35,112 nt of DNA from Neovahlkampfia damariscottae. Its lineage: Eukaryota. The stretch covers positions 1 through 35,112 of the forward strand of contig JABLTG010000189.1 of assembly GCA_016618085.1 (NCBI GenBank). The letters run 5' to 3'. The translations under genes were made by a program, and so were the position numbers. The notes below the pieces were generated by a model, which saw nothing but the letters and a program-made list of their open reading frames with translations, did not search any database and was not told the origin of the DNA. Position 1 is the stretch's first letter. The number at the start of each line of letters is the position of its first letter. This document shows, piece by piece, positions 9,749 through 22,615 of the stretch.

Positions 9749-10591
9749 ATGATGGAACCAACAACCTATGCCAAGTTACCAATTGAAGAGATTGAAGAAA
9801 TCCTCAAGTACAATTTTGACTACTGGTATGAAAAACTCAAAGATGCAAAGGTGAAAATCGGAGAAAAAGAGTACTTTGTTTGTTCTCAAAAAGTATGTTC
9901 TATTGAACTGTCTATTAATGAGATGAAGTGCCTTCAAAAAGCATATGATGATAAATTTTTTGGCAATATCCCTAATCTTGCTGAAGTCAAAGAACTTTCC
10001 AAAAAAATTGATCAAGAATTGAACAAAAATGCAGAAACACCTTTCTGGTTTGTTAGATTAAGTTCAAGATCACCAAAAGATATTTTAGGTGGTATAAGAC
10101 CTTGTGAAACATCTTTAGACGTTATTGAAATGTTAATTGAATCAAATAGAGTGTCCAATGATCTCCAATGGTATCTAGTTTATGGGATCAAAACTCCTTT
10201 ATACATTCATTTAATAAAATGGAAGAGTTTTCAAAAAGAAAGTGAAATCAGATGTTTTGTATATCAAAATAACTTAGTTGCAATTACTCATTACTATCTG
10301 GAAAAGCATTTTACGTTGAAAAAAAATGAATTTGATGGAGTGAAAAAAATCGAAATTGTTCTTGAACAACTCAAAGAATTGATCCCTTATGATGATTATG
10401 TGATTGATTTAGAAGTGGGAAATACTGTGAATATCGTCGAATTTAATGCATACGGCAAAAAAGGCACCACAGGAGCTGTACTTTTTGATTGGAACAAAGA
10501 TGAAGAAATTTTGGAAAATAAATCACCAAAAAATGTTTGCGTGAGATATCTCAAAAATGACGTTATTTGTGAACATTTTATTGAAAAATAA
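9749..10591 (+). CDS. Cdc123/R2K-family ATP-grasp protein
   Basis: FVRLSSRSPKD, EIRCFV, IVEFN..G and LFDW motifs; intronless. Confidence 0.85.
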   Translation: MMEPTTYAKLPIEEIEEILKYNFDYWYEKLKDAKVKIGEKEYFVCSQKVCSIELSINEMKCLQKAYDDKFFGNIPNLAEVKELSKKIDQELNKNAETPFWFVRLSSRSPKDILGGIRPCETSLDVIEMLIESNRVSNDLQWYLVYGIKTPLYIHLIKWKSFQKESEIRCFVYQNNLVAITHYYLEKHFTLKKNEFDGVKKIEIVLEQLKELIPYDDYVIDLEVGNTVNIVEFNAYGKKGTTGAVLFDWNKDEEILENKSPKNVCVRYLKNDVICEHFIEK

Positions 10592-10601
10592 AGTTTTTCA
10601 A

Positions 10602-11374
10602 TCATTCTTCTTCTTGACTCATATCTTTATCAAGTGTTTTGTTTTCTGTGTTCACTGTGAAAATATTTTTCTTCATGATATCAAAACCATAAAGTTTAAC
10701 ACCATCATTCATAAGTTTATTAAAAGTATCTAAAGTTACAACTTTTTTTTCTGGGTCATTATATTTCTTTAAAGTGCTTGAAAATTCTTCAGCTTCTTTT
10801 TGAGTCATTCCTGTTGCTGTTTTGAAGAAACTGATACAATCTTCGATATCAGCGTTTGTAAGAACACCATTTGCATCAGAGTCAAAGAAATTAAACCATA
10901 CTAAAAATTAAGTTAATTGTCAACTTTGACTTTTTACTTTTTGCGTTTTTTTCTTTTGAGAATTTTTGAGCTAAACCAAGAGCTAAATCGATGAATTCAT
11001 GTGGATCTATTTCACCTGATAAATCAGGATCCATTGCTCTGAAAAGAAAACTCAAACAACCCGAGTCATCAACTGCGTTTGGAAATGAATCTTCAAGAAA
11101 AGCTCCAAATTCTTCAGGAACCATTTTTCCACCTTTGGAAAGGAGATACCAGTATGTAGAAAGTCTTCCAATGTGGAACTTTTCGACTTTAAAAAAATGT
11201 CAATTTTTTTTTCTTACTTTCTTCTAAATCCATTGAGTAGTATTCTTTGACAAGTTTTTCAATGTCTCCTTTTGCCTTCCATAAAATTGATCTTTCTGTG
11301 CAGTTCTTTGGTACTGATTTACCTGGAGCAGATTTTCTTTGTTTGAAAAAGTGATACAAGCATTTGATACCCAT
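10602..11374 (-). CDS. EF-hand calcium sensor, paralogue 2 (2 introns)
   Basis: SFLFRAMDPDLSGEIDPHEF and WFNFFDSDANG are near-identical to the 8740-9557 gene, and the intron before WFNF is at the same position. Confidence 0.85.
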
Positions 11375-11559
11375 TATTCTTGTTAATAAAAATTTGTTTT
11401 TAAAAAACTATCCGATTGGTCAAATTTGTAACCGTTAGATTTATTCCCATCTGTTCAAGGAATGAAATGTATTCCAAAAACACTATTTGATGCATGATAA
11501 AAAAGAAAATGTTATGAAAATACAAATTCGATCTATTGATCATAAAAAGTATCATTTGG

Positions 11560-11915
11560 AATGGATCTTTCAATGATTCAATTTCTTCTTTCTTTGATTC
11601 ATTTTCTTCTTTCAATGTTTACATTTCCTTTTTCATTTCATAATAACTCACAAATGCATCAAGTTGTCAATCATCAAATTTACTTTCCAATTTTTGATAA
11701 ATATCACGAAATTGTTGAAAAGTTTGTTTTTAACATTCAGAATTAAGATAACTGGACCATGAATTCTTCTTGAATTCTTTTGTTGGATATAATGAACTAA
11801 AACAGAATACAAATGTGGCCTTTCTGCAAATTTCTGATTTTAAGAAAAGAACAGTACTGGCATCTGCACCTTCTTCAACCAAAATCTTGAGTGAACCAAT
11901 GAAATCAGTTTTCAA
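11560..11915 (-). pseudogene. Decayed paralogue of the ankyrin gene's 3' exon
   Basis: Shares blocks with 120-370 (ctgcacctt-ttcaaccaaaa; gataactgga; ttttgataaatatcacgaaattgtt). Translates LVEEGAD...KQTFQQFRDIYQK with stops and frameshifts. Confidence 0.75.
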
Positions 11916-12036
11916 AAATCATTTCAAAAAAGGTGAGAAGAAATAAATTAATTTTTTTTAAGAATATTCCTTTTTTTATCATTTTAAAGACTGTGATAAA
12001 TTTCATTGGATAATAAACCCAAACTATTTCTTTTGA

Positions 12037-14406
12037 ATGTCCTTGATAAAAAAAAGTTACGCAAACTTACCACTAGGAAATTTACCAAAGAAAAAAGTTT
12101 CACAAGAAAAAGTTGAAGGTTATTCTATTGTTTTTGAGTCCGCCCTCACAAATGTCTCGATCGGAAAAGAATTTGAAAAATATTTAAAAACAGAATTCAA
12201 CATTGAACCATGGAACTTTTTAACAGAAATACAAAAAATTGAAGGTTTAAAAAAAGATAAAGAAATTATCCAAAAAATTAGTAAAATTATTGACACATAT
12301 GTTAAAGAAGGTTCAAAGAAACAAATCAACATTTCAGGAAGAGCAAGAAAAGAAATAATATCAAATTTTTCTTTACAAGATGGTAATGATGATGAATGGA
12401 TTCTCTCTGTTGCTCCAAAAGATTTTTTTAAAAAATTATTTCAAATAATTACAAATGAGTTATACCATGACAGTTGGAAGAGATTTTCAAGAACATCAGA
12501 ATATAAACAACTTATACAAAAATATAGTAATGATACTTCAATTTGTAGACCTAGAATTACAGAGGAGTTTTTTTATGGAGATGATTATTTTACTCATCCT
12601 TACATTGAAGATTCAGACTTTGATTTTGCAAAATTACTTTTTCAAGATGATAATCATTGGGAATTAATAGGTTCTAAAGTTTCTGATAATGTCAATATTT
12701 TTTATACCAAAACCAACTATTTACCAAATTTAAGTTATGGAAAAAATGTACGTGGGCTAAAATATGAATGTGTTGTCCCTTGTGCTTTTCAACAATCTTT
12801 ATTAGGTTATTTAACAAATGATTCATTCATAAATTCCGATCCAAACACCAACAAAATTGAAACAATGGAATACATTGATTATGAAAAATTAAAAAAAAAA
12901 CTAAATTGTACAACAGAATTAAAATATAAAAGAAATCATGGAATTAACATAAGTGATATAGTTTTACCTTTTCCTTTCAATGCTAGGTAAAAAAAAAATA
13001 ATTTTTTTAACATTCACTTTTGTAGAGTCGCTGTTCAAGGATTTTCAGGTCATTATAACGCAGAAGATAAATCAATCATATCAGTATGGAAACCTTTTTT
13101 GATGCATGATTTACAATTTGGCAAGTCTTCAATGATGGATATTGTAACTTCAAAAGGTGGTCAACCAAAACGTGTGAAGACATACCCACTTTTTGACTGG
13201 ATGTTCAATAAATTTCAAAAATTAGATGATGATAAGGTGTTGTTTTCTCAAGTACACATTATGGATTTGGGTGGTTGGTTATCAAGTGACAAATTTTTAA
13301 GAGAAACTGCTTTGACCCGTGGTTTTGGTTTTCGTGATACTTTGACAAAGTTGGCTTTTGATATTCCATATGATGCTAGAATTGAATCATATAAAGATAA
13401 ATTATGTAAAAAAAACAAAAATATACCGAGAGATGGTTTGGGTATTCTGCTCTATGATTTGAAAATTGACCAATTAGATCAAGAATTTGAAGATCGAAAT
13501 CCAATTGAAAAAGTGATGGAAAATTCATCAAAAATAACATCAAGTAGAAAAAGGAAAATTAAAGGAACTATGTTAAGTTATGATGAAGATCCAGTAAATT
13601 CCTTTTCACCACCAGCTCAAGGAAAGAATATTGGGAATTATTCAAAATTTGCACAATCAATTTCATTTTTACCTGAATACAAAAACCATAAAATGAGTTC
13701 ACCGATCACAAAACATGCAATTAGTTCAGTTGAAAAAACGTCAAAATTGAAATTGGCCACTTTGAAGGGAATAAATGAAAATAATCTCTTTAAGAGTGAC
13801 GAGGATTTAGTAAAATCGGTTGACGTTGATTTTGATGAAGATGATGATAAAAATGAAATTTCTGAAACACCTGAAAATCCAGATGCATTGTTTCAATTGG
13901 ATTTACCACCTCCACCTCCAGATGCATTAGAAAATCGAATGAATGAAATGAAATCACCAAAGATCGTTATCAAAGACTCTTTTGAATCAAAATATGAAAA
14001 AGGTGAAGAAGATGAAGTTTCAGAATCACCAAAAATTGATGATAGTTTGAAAATCGAAATATCAACCACTGAGAATAAACCAATGTTGAAAAATGAAGAA
14101 GCCAAAGTTGAATCTACAACAGATCAGGAAAATGATGAAAAAATCAATGAATCAGAAAAAGTGGAGTGTGTCATTGAAAAAGTTCAAGAAGAAACTGAGA
14201 GTTTTACCATTGAAAAAATAGAAAATGAAGAAATAGTTCAGAATATGATAGAATCACCAATTGGGGTTGCTTTAAACGAAAAAACAACAGAATCTTTAAC
14301 TCCAATTTCTGATTTATCTGAAATATCTGATTTATCAGAAGATGAAGACATTGTCCAACTTATAAAAAAACGAGGATTAAAAAGGAATGTCACAACAAAT
14401 GAGTAA
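12037..14406 (+). CDS. RGS-domain protein with START-like domain and acidic low-complexity tail
   Basis: RGS motifs FEKYLKTEFNIEPWNF...YVKEGSKKQINIS...ELYHDSWKRF. The START-like call (WELIG...PFPFNAR...FSQVHIMDLGGW) is less certain. Intron 12987-13025. Confidence 0.82.
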
Positions 14407-14431
14407 ATTTTTATTTTTTCATATTTCACTA

Positions 14432-16263
14432 TTAATTATGATTATTATGTTGTTTGATCAGAATAGATGCTTTTTCTGCAATCATGACAACAGCCGCATT
14501 TGTATTTCCACTGACAATGTGAGGCATTATGGAAGCATCTGCAACTCTTAATTTCTTGATTCCATTCACTTGTAATTTGGGGTTTACAACTGATTTTTTA
14601 TCAATTCCCATTTTACAAGTCCCAATTGCATGATACAAATGTCCTGCAACTGAACGAATTGAATATTCAAAATGTTCATCAGTACCATATTTGTATGGAT
14701 TCCAATAATGATGAGCTACATTTGGATCGTGTTTTGCAAATGATTTGGCATCAAAAATTGAATTCGCAATTCTGATTCCTTTGATCATGGTTTTCAAATC
14801 ATCTTTGTTGTGAAAAAAGTTGAGATCAATTTCTGGGTGTTGAAGTGGATTTTTAGATTTCAATTTGACATATCCAACACTTTTTTCATGTAATAAAATT
14901 ACAGCAATGGTGACTCCATTTCCAGTTCCAGCAGAACAAAATTCTTTTTTCACACCAAATGTTGTTGTCATAATTTCACACACTGGTTGAGCTGGAGCAA
15001 TATGAAATTGTATATCTGGGAATGGTAAATTATTTCCAGTTGTATTTATGAATGCTGTTCCTTGACATATGGATTGAGTGAGGATTGAAGAGAATGATTT
15101 CTTCTTGGTGAAAAATTCAAAGAATGCTGGAATATCTTCAACATCCTCACGATGAATTGTTCTTGTTTGTATTGTTCTTTCTACATTAAACACGGGATGA
15201 TCTTGTAGATTCTTTCCAACTGGTAAATCTTCTATTACCTCAATGTCCAATTTCTTCAATTCCTCCTTAGGTCCGATTCCAGAAAGCATTAGAATATGAG
15301 GTGTTCCGATCGCACCAGCTGATAGAATTATTTCTTTTTTAGCATTTACTGTGATTATATCATTTGGATTTCCATTTTTAAAAAATGAGACACTTTCAGC
15401 AGTTTTGTCTCTGAAATGAATTCTTGACACATGAGCAGAAGTAACAACATCCAAGTTATCTCTTTTAAACATGATATCTTTCAAAAATGAAGATACTCCT
15501 GATACTCTTCTGTTCATTTCATCAATACTTTGTTGTGAATGAGAAAAACCTAGTTGATTTTCACCATTATAGTCTTCATTGATTTTATATCCAATTTCTT
15601 CAGCAGCCTTGATTACTTCATCAACAATAAGATGTACATTTGGTAATTTGACTTTCCAAACTCCTTCAGATGAATGATATGGAGATTTTTTTAATTTCAA
15701 GTCTAACATATTTTCACTCTTCTTGAATAATGGCAAAACAGATTGAAAATCCCAACCTTTATTGCCTAACCTCTCCCAAGAATTATAATCTTCCTTGTTT
15801 CCACGTACATATTGCATCCAATTTATCGAAGAACTTCCTCCAAGTACTTTTCCTCTTGGATAAAACTTCTCAGTTCCTTTCATGTAGTTTTGATTGTCTT
15901 TTAATCTATAACTCCAATCTACAAACGTGTTTACTAAACCATAAGCCTATTTATTTGAAAAAATTAATAAAAAAATTTATCTCTTACTGTTGCGGGTATG
16001 TGAATCAAAGGATGAAAATCATCAGGTCTTTGTTTGTGTTAAAAATGTTTTTTCAAAAAATACCCTGCTTCTAATAGTAAAACTGATATATTTTTGTTTT
16101 CTGTGAGTCTGTTGGCCAAAGTACATCCTGCTGTTCCAGCTCCTACAATGATGTAGTCATAACTCTTGAATTTAGGTTGTTTTGAAGTGAATTCTGGGTG
16201 TAATTTGAATAAATATACAATTATTATTAAAGAAACAAAAAGAAGAATGACTCTTTTTAACAT
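14432..16263 (-). CDS. GMC oxidoreductase (glucose/choline dehydrogenase family) with N-terminal anchor, 2 introns
   Basis: [64 protein letters not shown]. Confidence 0.96.
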
Positions 16264-16440
16264 GAATAGACCAATAAAATGTTCGATTTTTAAAATAACA
16301 TTTTTGAAAATCTGTTCAGGAAAAATTTCTTGAAAAATGAGAACAAGATGTAGTTTTAGAAATTTACATTTAACCAATGAAAAACAATGAGCTTGAAGAT
16401 GCAAAAGATGTTTCAGAGCGATGATTCACTGAATGACCCA

Positions 16441-18152
16441 ATGGGTGATTACCTGCAAAAAGGTCCACATATCATTGTAAATTTGATAAAAGGTGAAAAT
16501 TTAGCTTCTCGAGACCTGAACGGTAACATTATTATTTCAGACTGAAAAATTGAACAGGAAAATCTGATCCATTTGTCGTTGTAAAAGTGGGTAAATCAGA
16601 GGCCAAAGGAAAGAAAATAATGAAAACTTTGAATCCTCAGTGGAATGAAAGTTTAACCCTTAAAGTCACAACAGAATTTTTGGAAATAACAAAAAATCCA
16701 CAAATAGAATTGACGTGTTGGGATTATAATACCTTCAAAAAACCATCCTTTTTAGGTTTAACAACTGTTAGAATAGCAGAACTTGAAAATGACGTTCCAA
16801 AATCATTTCAAAAAAATTTAGGTTTGTGAAAAAGTTTACTGAAAAAAAACAAAGACCAAGTTGAAAGTGGAACAATATTTTTCAATATAACAGCAAGAAA
16901 GTTTCCTTCTATTAAAGAACTAACTCAAGAAAATACAAAAAAAGCAATCATCGGAAAATTATCACAACACCCAAAATTTGCAGATTTCCAAAAATCTCCA
17001 GATAAACGAAAGAGAAAAGTTTTTGAACAAACAGTTGAAAATTTATCAGATGTTGGTAAATTTCAAAAAGAGTATCTCTCTACAGATTGGGTTTCAACTT
17101 TGAAAATTCAACAACAAATTAACAAAGAGTTCTCAAATGAGGAAGATCTTGAATTTGAAGAAATTGATGATGAGGAAGAAGAAGGGAATTTAGAAAGGAT
17201 AATTGAAGAAGAAATAATGAATTCTGAGTTTGGATTTTTTTTGATTGATTTTTTAGTGTTGTTCATCGTTTCCAAAAAAATGTCAAAGTTAAAATTGTTT
17301 TTGTAGATCAAGGGACTGATTTTCAGAAAGAAATTAGGAAAATATTATCTCCTATAATTACAGATTTGAAAATATCTCGTCTTGGAATGTTTCACACAGC
17401 TTTGATTATTGGTAATTTTTTCAAAATTAATTCATTGGATAGGACCTTGGTATTTAGAGTGGAATGATGCTTCTTTATGTATTCCAAGAAAATGTACATC
17501 AAGCTATGCATTTTTGACTACTGATGTTGGTGAAATTGAGACAAAAGAATCAATTCAAGATTTATCAAAAAAGTTGGCAGAAATTATTGTTGACTGGAAT
17601 TCTAATGTAACTTACAGTCAAAATGAAAGAAAAAACCATGGAAATTGTCAAACATTTGTTGAATCGATACTAAATAATCTAAATATGAAATTTAAGCCTA
17701 CAGGAGTTTTAAGCCGATTCATTGAAAACATAAAGAAAACAGGGAGCTCAAAATTGATGTTTCCAATTTCAAAACAGTTCAAGTCCAATTTTAAATTGAA
17801 AATTGACTCAATTGAATTCAAATCTCATTCAGATCTTGACAAATTTGTTCGAGATTTGCGAAAGACTGACCCAGAATTTGATGTGAAATTCAACAATGAA
17901 AGTTCATTATTGAAAGCATTTGATCGAGCATTTTGGTTGAAATATCAAAATTGTAAGAAAGATTTAATGACACAAGGATCACTGTTAAAAATTTTACAAG
18001 GCAAAGATGAACAGAATGATGAAGATTTGAAAAGCATGAAAGAAATAAAAGAAAGGGTAGCAAGTGTCACTGTTGTTTCAAAAGAAATGGAACCATTGGA
18101 TATTGGATGTCCATTTGGTGATCCTTCAGAAACTAATTCAATAAGATTTTAA
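16441..18152 (+). CDS. C2-domain protein with C-terminal PPPDE-like (permuted papain fold) domain, 4 introns
   Basis: C2: NLASRDLNGKSDPFV..KTLNPQWNE..CWDYN. C-terminal: GMFHTALIIGPWYLEW ... NCQTFVE. Confidence 0.75.
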
Positions 18153-19507
18153 TTTATTCAAATATCCTTTTGAAATACGTTCCAAAATATCAATCACTTC
18201 TGTTGACGCTTTTTTCAGAGTTTTGGAATTCCAAATTGGACAAACAACAGAAAATGTGAAGAAAAATCTATTTTGAATTGTAGCTAAATGAATTAACCAA
18301 TTTGGACCATGAGTAGTGATATCGCTGCTGTTATGGAACCCACGAATTTTGAAATTAGAATTCCCAAGATATTGGTCAACTTTCCCTCGATTTGAAAATA
18401 ATACTCTCATATCTCGATTATAAACTGTTTCATTTGAAATATCAATAGAATTTGAACTGCTGGATATCCAATATATGAAATTCAAATAATGTTTGCTTTA
18501 AAATTAGTTCTGAATTAGACTTACTTTGTAATTGAATTTTTCACATCATTTTGTATACTTTTTGCAATATCCCAGAAATATTCTTCAGTTATTTCTTTTT
18601 TCTTTTCAATTTCAACATGAAGAAAGCATGCTAACATTCCAATTGATTTTGTATCCAGTTTTGCGTATTTTCGAACTGATATTGGAATCATCATTCTCAT
18701 AAATTTTTCATATTCTTCTTTACAGAAGTTATTTGAGTAGCTGATAAAAATAGCTGCCGCTACTGTTGAGTTAATGGTGACATTATTTTTTTTTGACAAC
18801 TTCATCAATATGTCACCATCAAATTCACCAAAAAAAACTTCTTGTTTTATTTTTTCAAATTGATTTTCATCCACATCAAACTTAAAACCACATAATTTTC
18901 CTGATAGATTCATTGGTTTTGTTACAGTTTCATGTTTGAATACATCTTTCAAATTAGGACATATTTTGATAAATTCTTCATTAATTTCTTGATTATTCTG
19001 TATTTTATGTATTATACTCAATAAATCACCAACTAATACACATATTGTAAGTCCATCTGAAATTGTATGATCAATTGAAATGATGACTTCGAAATCATCA
19101 TTATTTTCTTGATAAATTAAGAATATTTTCCACATTAAACCACATGTAAATGTATATTCATTATGTTTTTTATTAATTTCATGAGCCATTTTGATAAAAT
19201 TTCTTGATCCATTTGCCAATTCATCTTCAAAAATATTTCTCCAAGTTTTTTCATTTTTTCTTTCAATTTCGAAATAATTAGAAGCAAAAAACAGTTCTTT
19301 GTAATTTTTCACTTTGTGAAAATATTTTTTGCCTTCATAAAAAATCACACCTTGTTGTAGAAGTTCGTATTTTTCCAATAAGAAATCAACTGATTTTTTG
19401 AATTCTTTATTAGTGATTTTCCCAGTTAATTTTACAAGTTGAACATTTTGGTATTCATTATACGTTTCATGACATTGAAAAAAAGATTCATTGCCAAGTA
19501 ACTTCAT
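18138..19507 (-). CDS. CoA-dependent acyltransferase / condensation-domain protein (alcohol acetyltransferase/PapA5-like)
   Basis: IDHTISDG (HxxxDG), NNVTINS, IPISVRKY, FWDIAK, FSNRG; one 29-nt intron near 18523-18495. Confidence 0.8.
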
Positions 19508-19541
19508 CTTTGAACTGAAGAACAACCTGATTGGGTTAAAA
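19508..19541. promoter_or_regulatory. Representative CCAAT-containing bidirectional promoter
   Basis: ATTGG at 19530-19534 in a 34-nt gap between divergent ATGs. CCAAT/ATTGG also occurs at 855, 2748, 4958, 6605, 21536, 21628, 28665 and 29645, near starts. Confidence 0.6.
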
Positions 19542-20432
19542 ATGAAAATTGGTTTTGTAACTTGTGAGACACTTCCTGAACTTGATGAAGACAATAGACT
19601 CATATATGACTATTTGAATGAAAAAAAAGAAAATGTTTCAATTGTAGTTTGGTCAGATTCATCAGTTGACTACAAACAATTTTCTTTTTTAATTATCCGA
19701 AGCTTATGGGATTATGTTGAAAATTATAAAGAATTCACAAATTGGTTACATAAAATGAAATCAGAAAATATCAGAATTTACAATCCAATTGATTTAATCA
19801 CTTGGAATTCACATAAGAAATATTTGATTGATTTAGAAACTCATGGAGTTCCAATTGTACCATCCATTTTTTGTAAAAAAAATACATCATTGGAAGATTT
19901 AAAAGAATTGTTAAAATCAAAAAAATGGAAAAAATTTGTTTTTAAACCGTGTGTTGGTAATGATTCGAAAGGTGTTTTTTTAGTTGACAATTTTGATGAT
20001 TTGACTCAAGAAAAGGAAACTCAAATTATTGAGTTGTCAAAATCTGAAGATTTTTTAATACAAGAATTTCAAAGTTCTATTTTCAATGGTGAAATTAGTT
20101 TGATTTATTTTCATGGAGAATTTTCACATTCAATTTTGAGAAAACCAGGAGTTAAAGATGAATTTCGTCAATATAAATTTGAAGCATCTCTTTATAAAGA
20201 AACACAAGAACTTATTGAATTAGGAAATAAAACAATGGAATGTCTTGTAAAATGCACAAATCTTCAAAAAAGTGAAATTCTATATGCAAGAATAGATCTC
20301 ATGAAATCAGAATCAAATAATGAAAAATATCATATTTCTGAAATTGAATTATTCGAACCAACTTTATTTTTTTCATTAGATGGACCATCAATCCAGAAAT
20401 TTTCAAATTCAATTTTAACACACAAAAAATAA
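19542..20432 (+). CDS. RimK/glutathione-synthetase-like ATP-grasp ligase (bacterial DcsG-like type)
   Basis: IIRSLWDY, WNSHKKYLIDL..GVPIVPS, VFKPCVG, LIQEF, GEISLIYF, YARIDL, EIELFEP; intronless. Confidence 0.88.
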   Translation: MKIGFVTCETLPELDEDNRLIYDYLNEKKENVSIVVWSDSSVDYKQFSFLIIRSLWDYVENYKEFTNWLHKMKSENIRIYNPIDLITWNSHKKYLIDLETHGVPIVPSIFCKKNTSLEDLKELLKSKKWKKFVFKPCVGNDSKGVFLVDNFDDLTQEKETQIIELSKSEDFLIQEFQSSIFNGEISLIYFHGEFSHSILRKPGVKDEFRQYKFEASLYKETQELIELGNKTMECLVKCTNLQKSEILYARIDLMKSESNNEKYHISEIELFEPTLFFSLDGPSIQKFSNSILTHKK

Positions 20433-20466
20433 TTTTAATAAAAGATTCAAAATGGTTTTTTTTATT

Positions 20467-21524
20467 CTAAAAATCAAAATCTGATTCCATCCATTGTTGT
20501 AAGTACGGACAAATTTTTGGATTAATATTACTATCCTCTGAACATTTACTAAAAACCTTTTGAGAAGAAAATTTAAAAACACACAAGAACTTACAGGACA
20601 TGTGGCACATGGAATATCCGAAAAAGCATTCCAAGTTGCATCTTGATCAACATTTTTTGGTTTATATTTAATTTCCGATAATGTATCAACTTTTTCAATC
20701 AAACCATCGTAAATCAAAGTATTGATGATATTTTGCATATCTTCCAATTGAAGATCAATTCCAGAAGTTACTCCAGATGTTCTAACATGTTCCAAAATTG
20801 ATTTTGCATTAATATATTTCTAAATTTAGAAAACCAATCAAAATTGATCATTTTTTTTACCTTTGAATAAATTAAATTACATGTTTCAATTTGTAATGCT
20901 GAAATTCTTTGAGAATTAAATTCAGCTCCGTCATACCAAATACCACCTTATTCATAAGTTCAAATGTTTTTTTCTTACCTGTAATTTCTCTTGATGGTTC
21001 TAAATGATACAACATGAATACTTTTTTGTTTTTGCCCTGAAATAAAGATTATTTTTTTATTTTTCTTACTTGAATAGTTTGAACAGATTTTATCAATTTT
21101 TTTTGTATTAACGTTGCTGTAATTTTTGTGATTTGTTTTGTTTGTAATTTTGATTTGAATTTTAAAGTTTTTTGCCAGATACCTGTATTTCCTGATTGTT
21201 CAATTAATTTATAAATGGTTTCTTCTTCAAATTTTAAACCTTTTAATATTTCTGTGTTTTTTTCACTAATTAAAGTGAAAAGTAAATTTTGACCATCTCT
21301 TAAGATTTCTAAACGTTTCTTTAAAAAAAAATGTAAAAGAAAATGAAATGTACTTCTTTTAATAATGTATTCAAGGCTTGTTGTTTTAAATTTTCTGGTA
21401 ATTCTTTCAAGTCGTTTTGTGTGATGCCCTAATTGATTGAATTAATTTATTATTTAAGATTTACGTTTGGTTTTTCATGACAAAGTTCAACAATGAAGTT
21501 TTCTGCTTCTTTTGCTGTTTTCAT
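20467..21524 (-). CDS. RPC34: RNA polymerase III subunit C34 (6 introns)
   Basis: Spliced product has IYKLIEQSGNTGIW, KKVFMLYHLEPSREITGGIWY, LIYDGLIE and PCATCPVFSKC...INPKICPYLQQW (Fe-S motif). Confidence 0.93.
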
Positions 21525-21656
21525 TTTATCGTTATCCAATGAAATATAGTTATTCTTCATTCATTTTTAAATTTGAAAAAATAAAAATATTTATTGAATA
21601 ATGAAAAATAAAATTACTCTTGATTTCATTGGTGAAAAAAAAAAATAAACAAAAAC

Positions 21657-22591
21657 ATGACTTCAACACAAATCCAAGATTTAAATGAAATGTTGAAAGA
21701 CTTAATAAAATTAAGATCAAGCACTAAAGAAATTTTCAAAATTTTATCCAAAAGAGATACCTCTAATTTAACTAATTCCACTTCACAAACTTTGTATTCT
21801 GCTTCAAATTCTTTGGAAGATTTTAAGGAAAAATTTACAAGACCTGATATTCAAAAATTAATACAAGAAAAAAATCAACAAAACAAGTTCGAAAAATGTT
21901 AAAGGAAATTTAACTTTTTTTTTTTTTTAGGATTATTCAAGTTGACTCTAATGATGAAATTTGGAAAGAAAATGTGAAAAAGAATGCAAAGAGAGTATTA
22001 GAAAACTTTGATGATTCCAAAAAACGAAAATTTGTGAAATTGGATGAAAAATATTTTGTTGGATTTATAAAACCAAAATATGAAGAGAAAATGAAAAATT
22101 TAAAAGAAATCATTGATTATATGATAACTACAACAGGTATGGAAATTGCTGTAACGAATATGGAACAAACAGATAATATATTGAATGTAATTTCATACTT
22201 GAATTTTTTATTGTTTTTTTAGGTTCACATCCCGAATTTGATGAAATTTGAGATAACTTTTCGTTTTTATGATGATTTTATTGAAGTTTTATATGTTTTT
22301 TGTGAAGGTTCAAACAAATCTAAAAATGCCATGGTTTTTCAAGCCATCAAAAATTCGATCTTAGAATTTTTGAACGAAACAGCAAAAGTAGAAATTCAGT
22401 ACAAAAAAAAACAATTACAATCACTTTTATTTTTCATTGCTTCATTCTCAAGAGTTTTTGAACAGAAATGTATGAAATGTGATAAAATCTTACTTCATTC
22501 AAATTCAACATGGAGATTCACACCATCTACTCATAGAATTATTGAATTGGATGAAATGTATTCAATTCATGATAATTGTAAACAAAAATAA
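21657..22591 (+). CDS. MED27: Probable Mediator subunit 27 (2 introns)
   Basis: The C-terminal FEQKCMKCDKIL...FTPS...IHDNC matches the MED27 Zn motif; VFQAI is also present. Confidence 0.65.
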
Positions 22592-22615
22592 AACTTTAGT
22601 CCAAATTTTTTTTTC

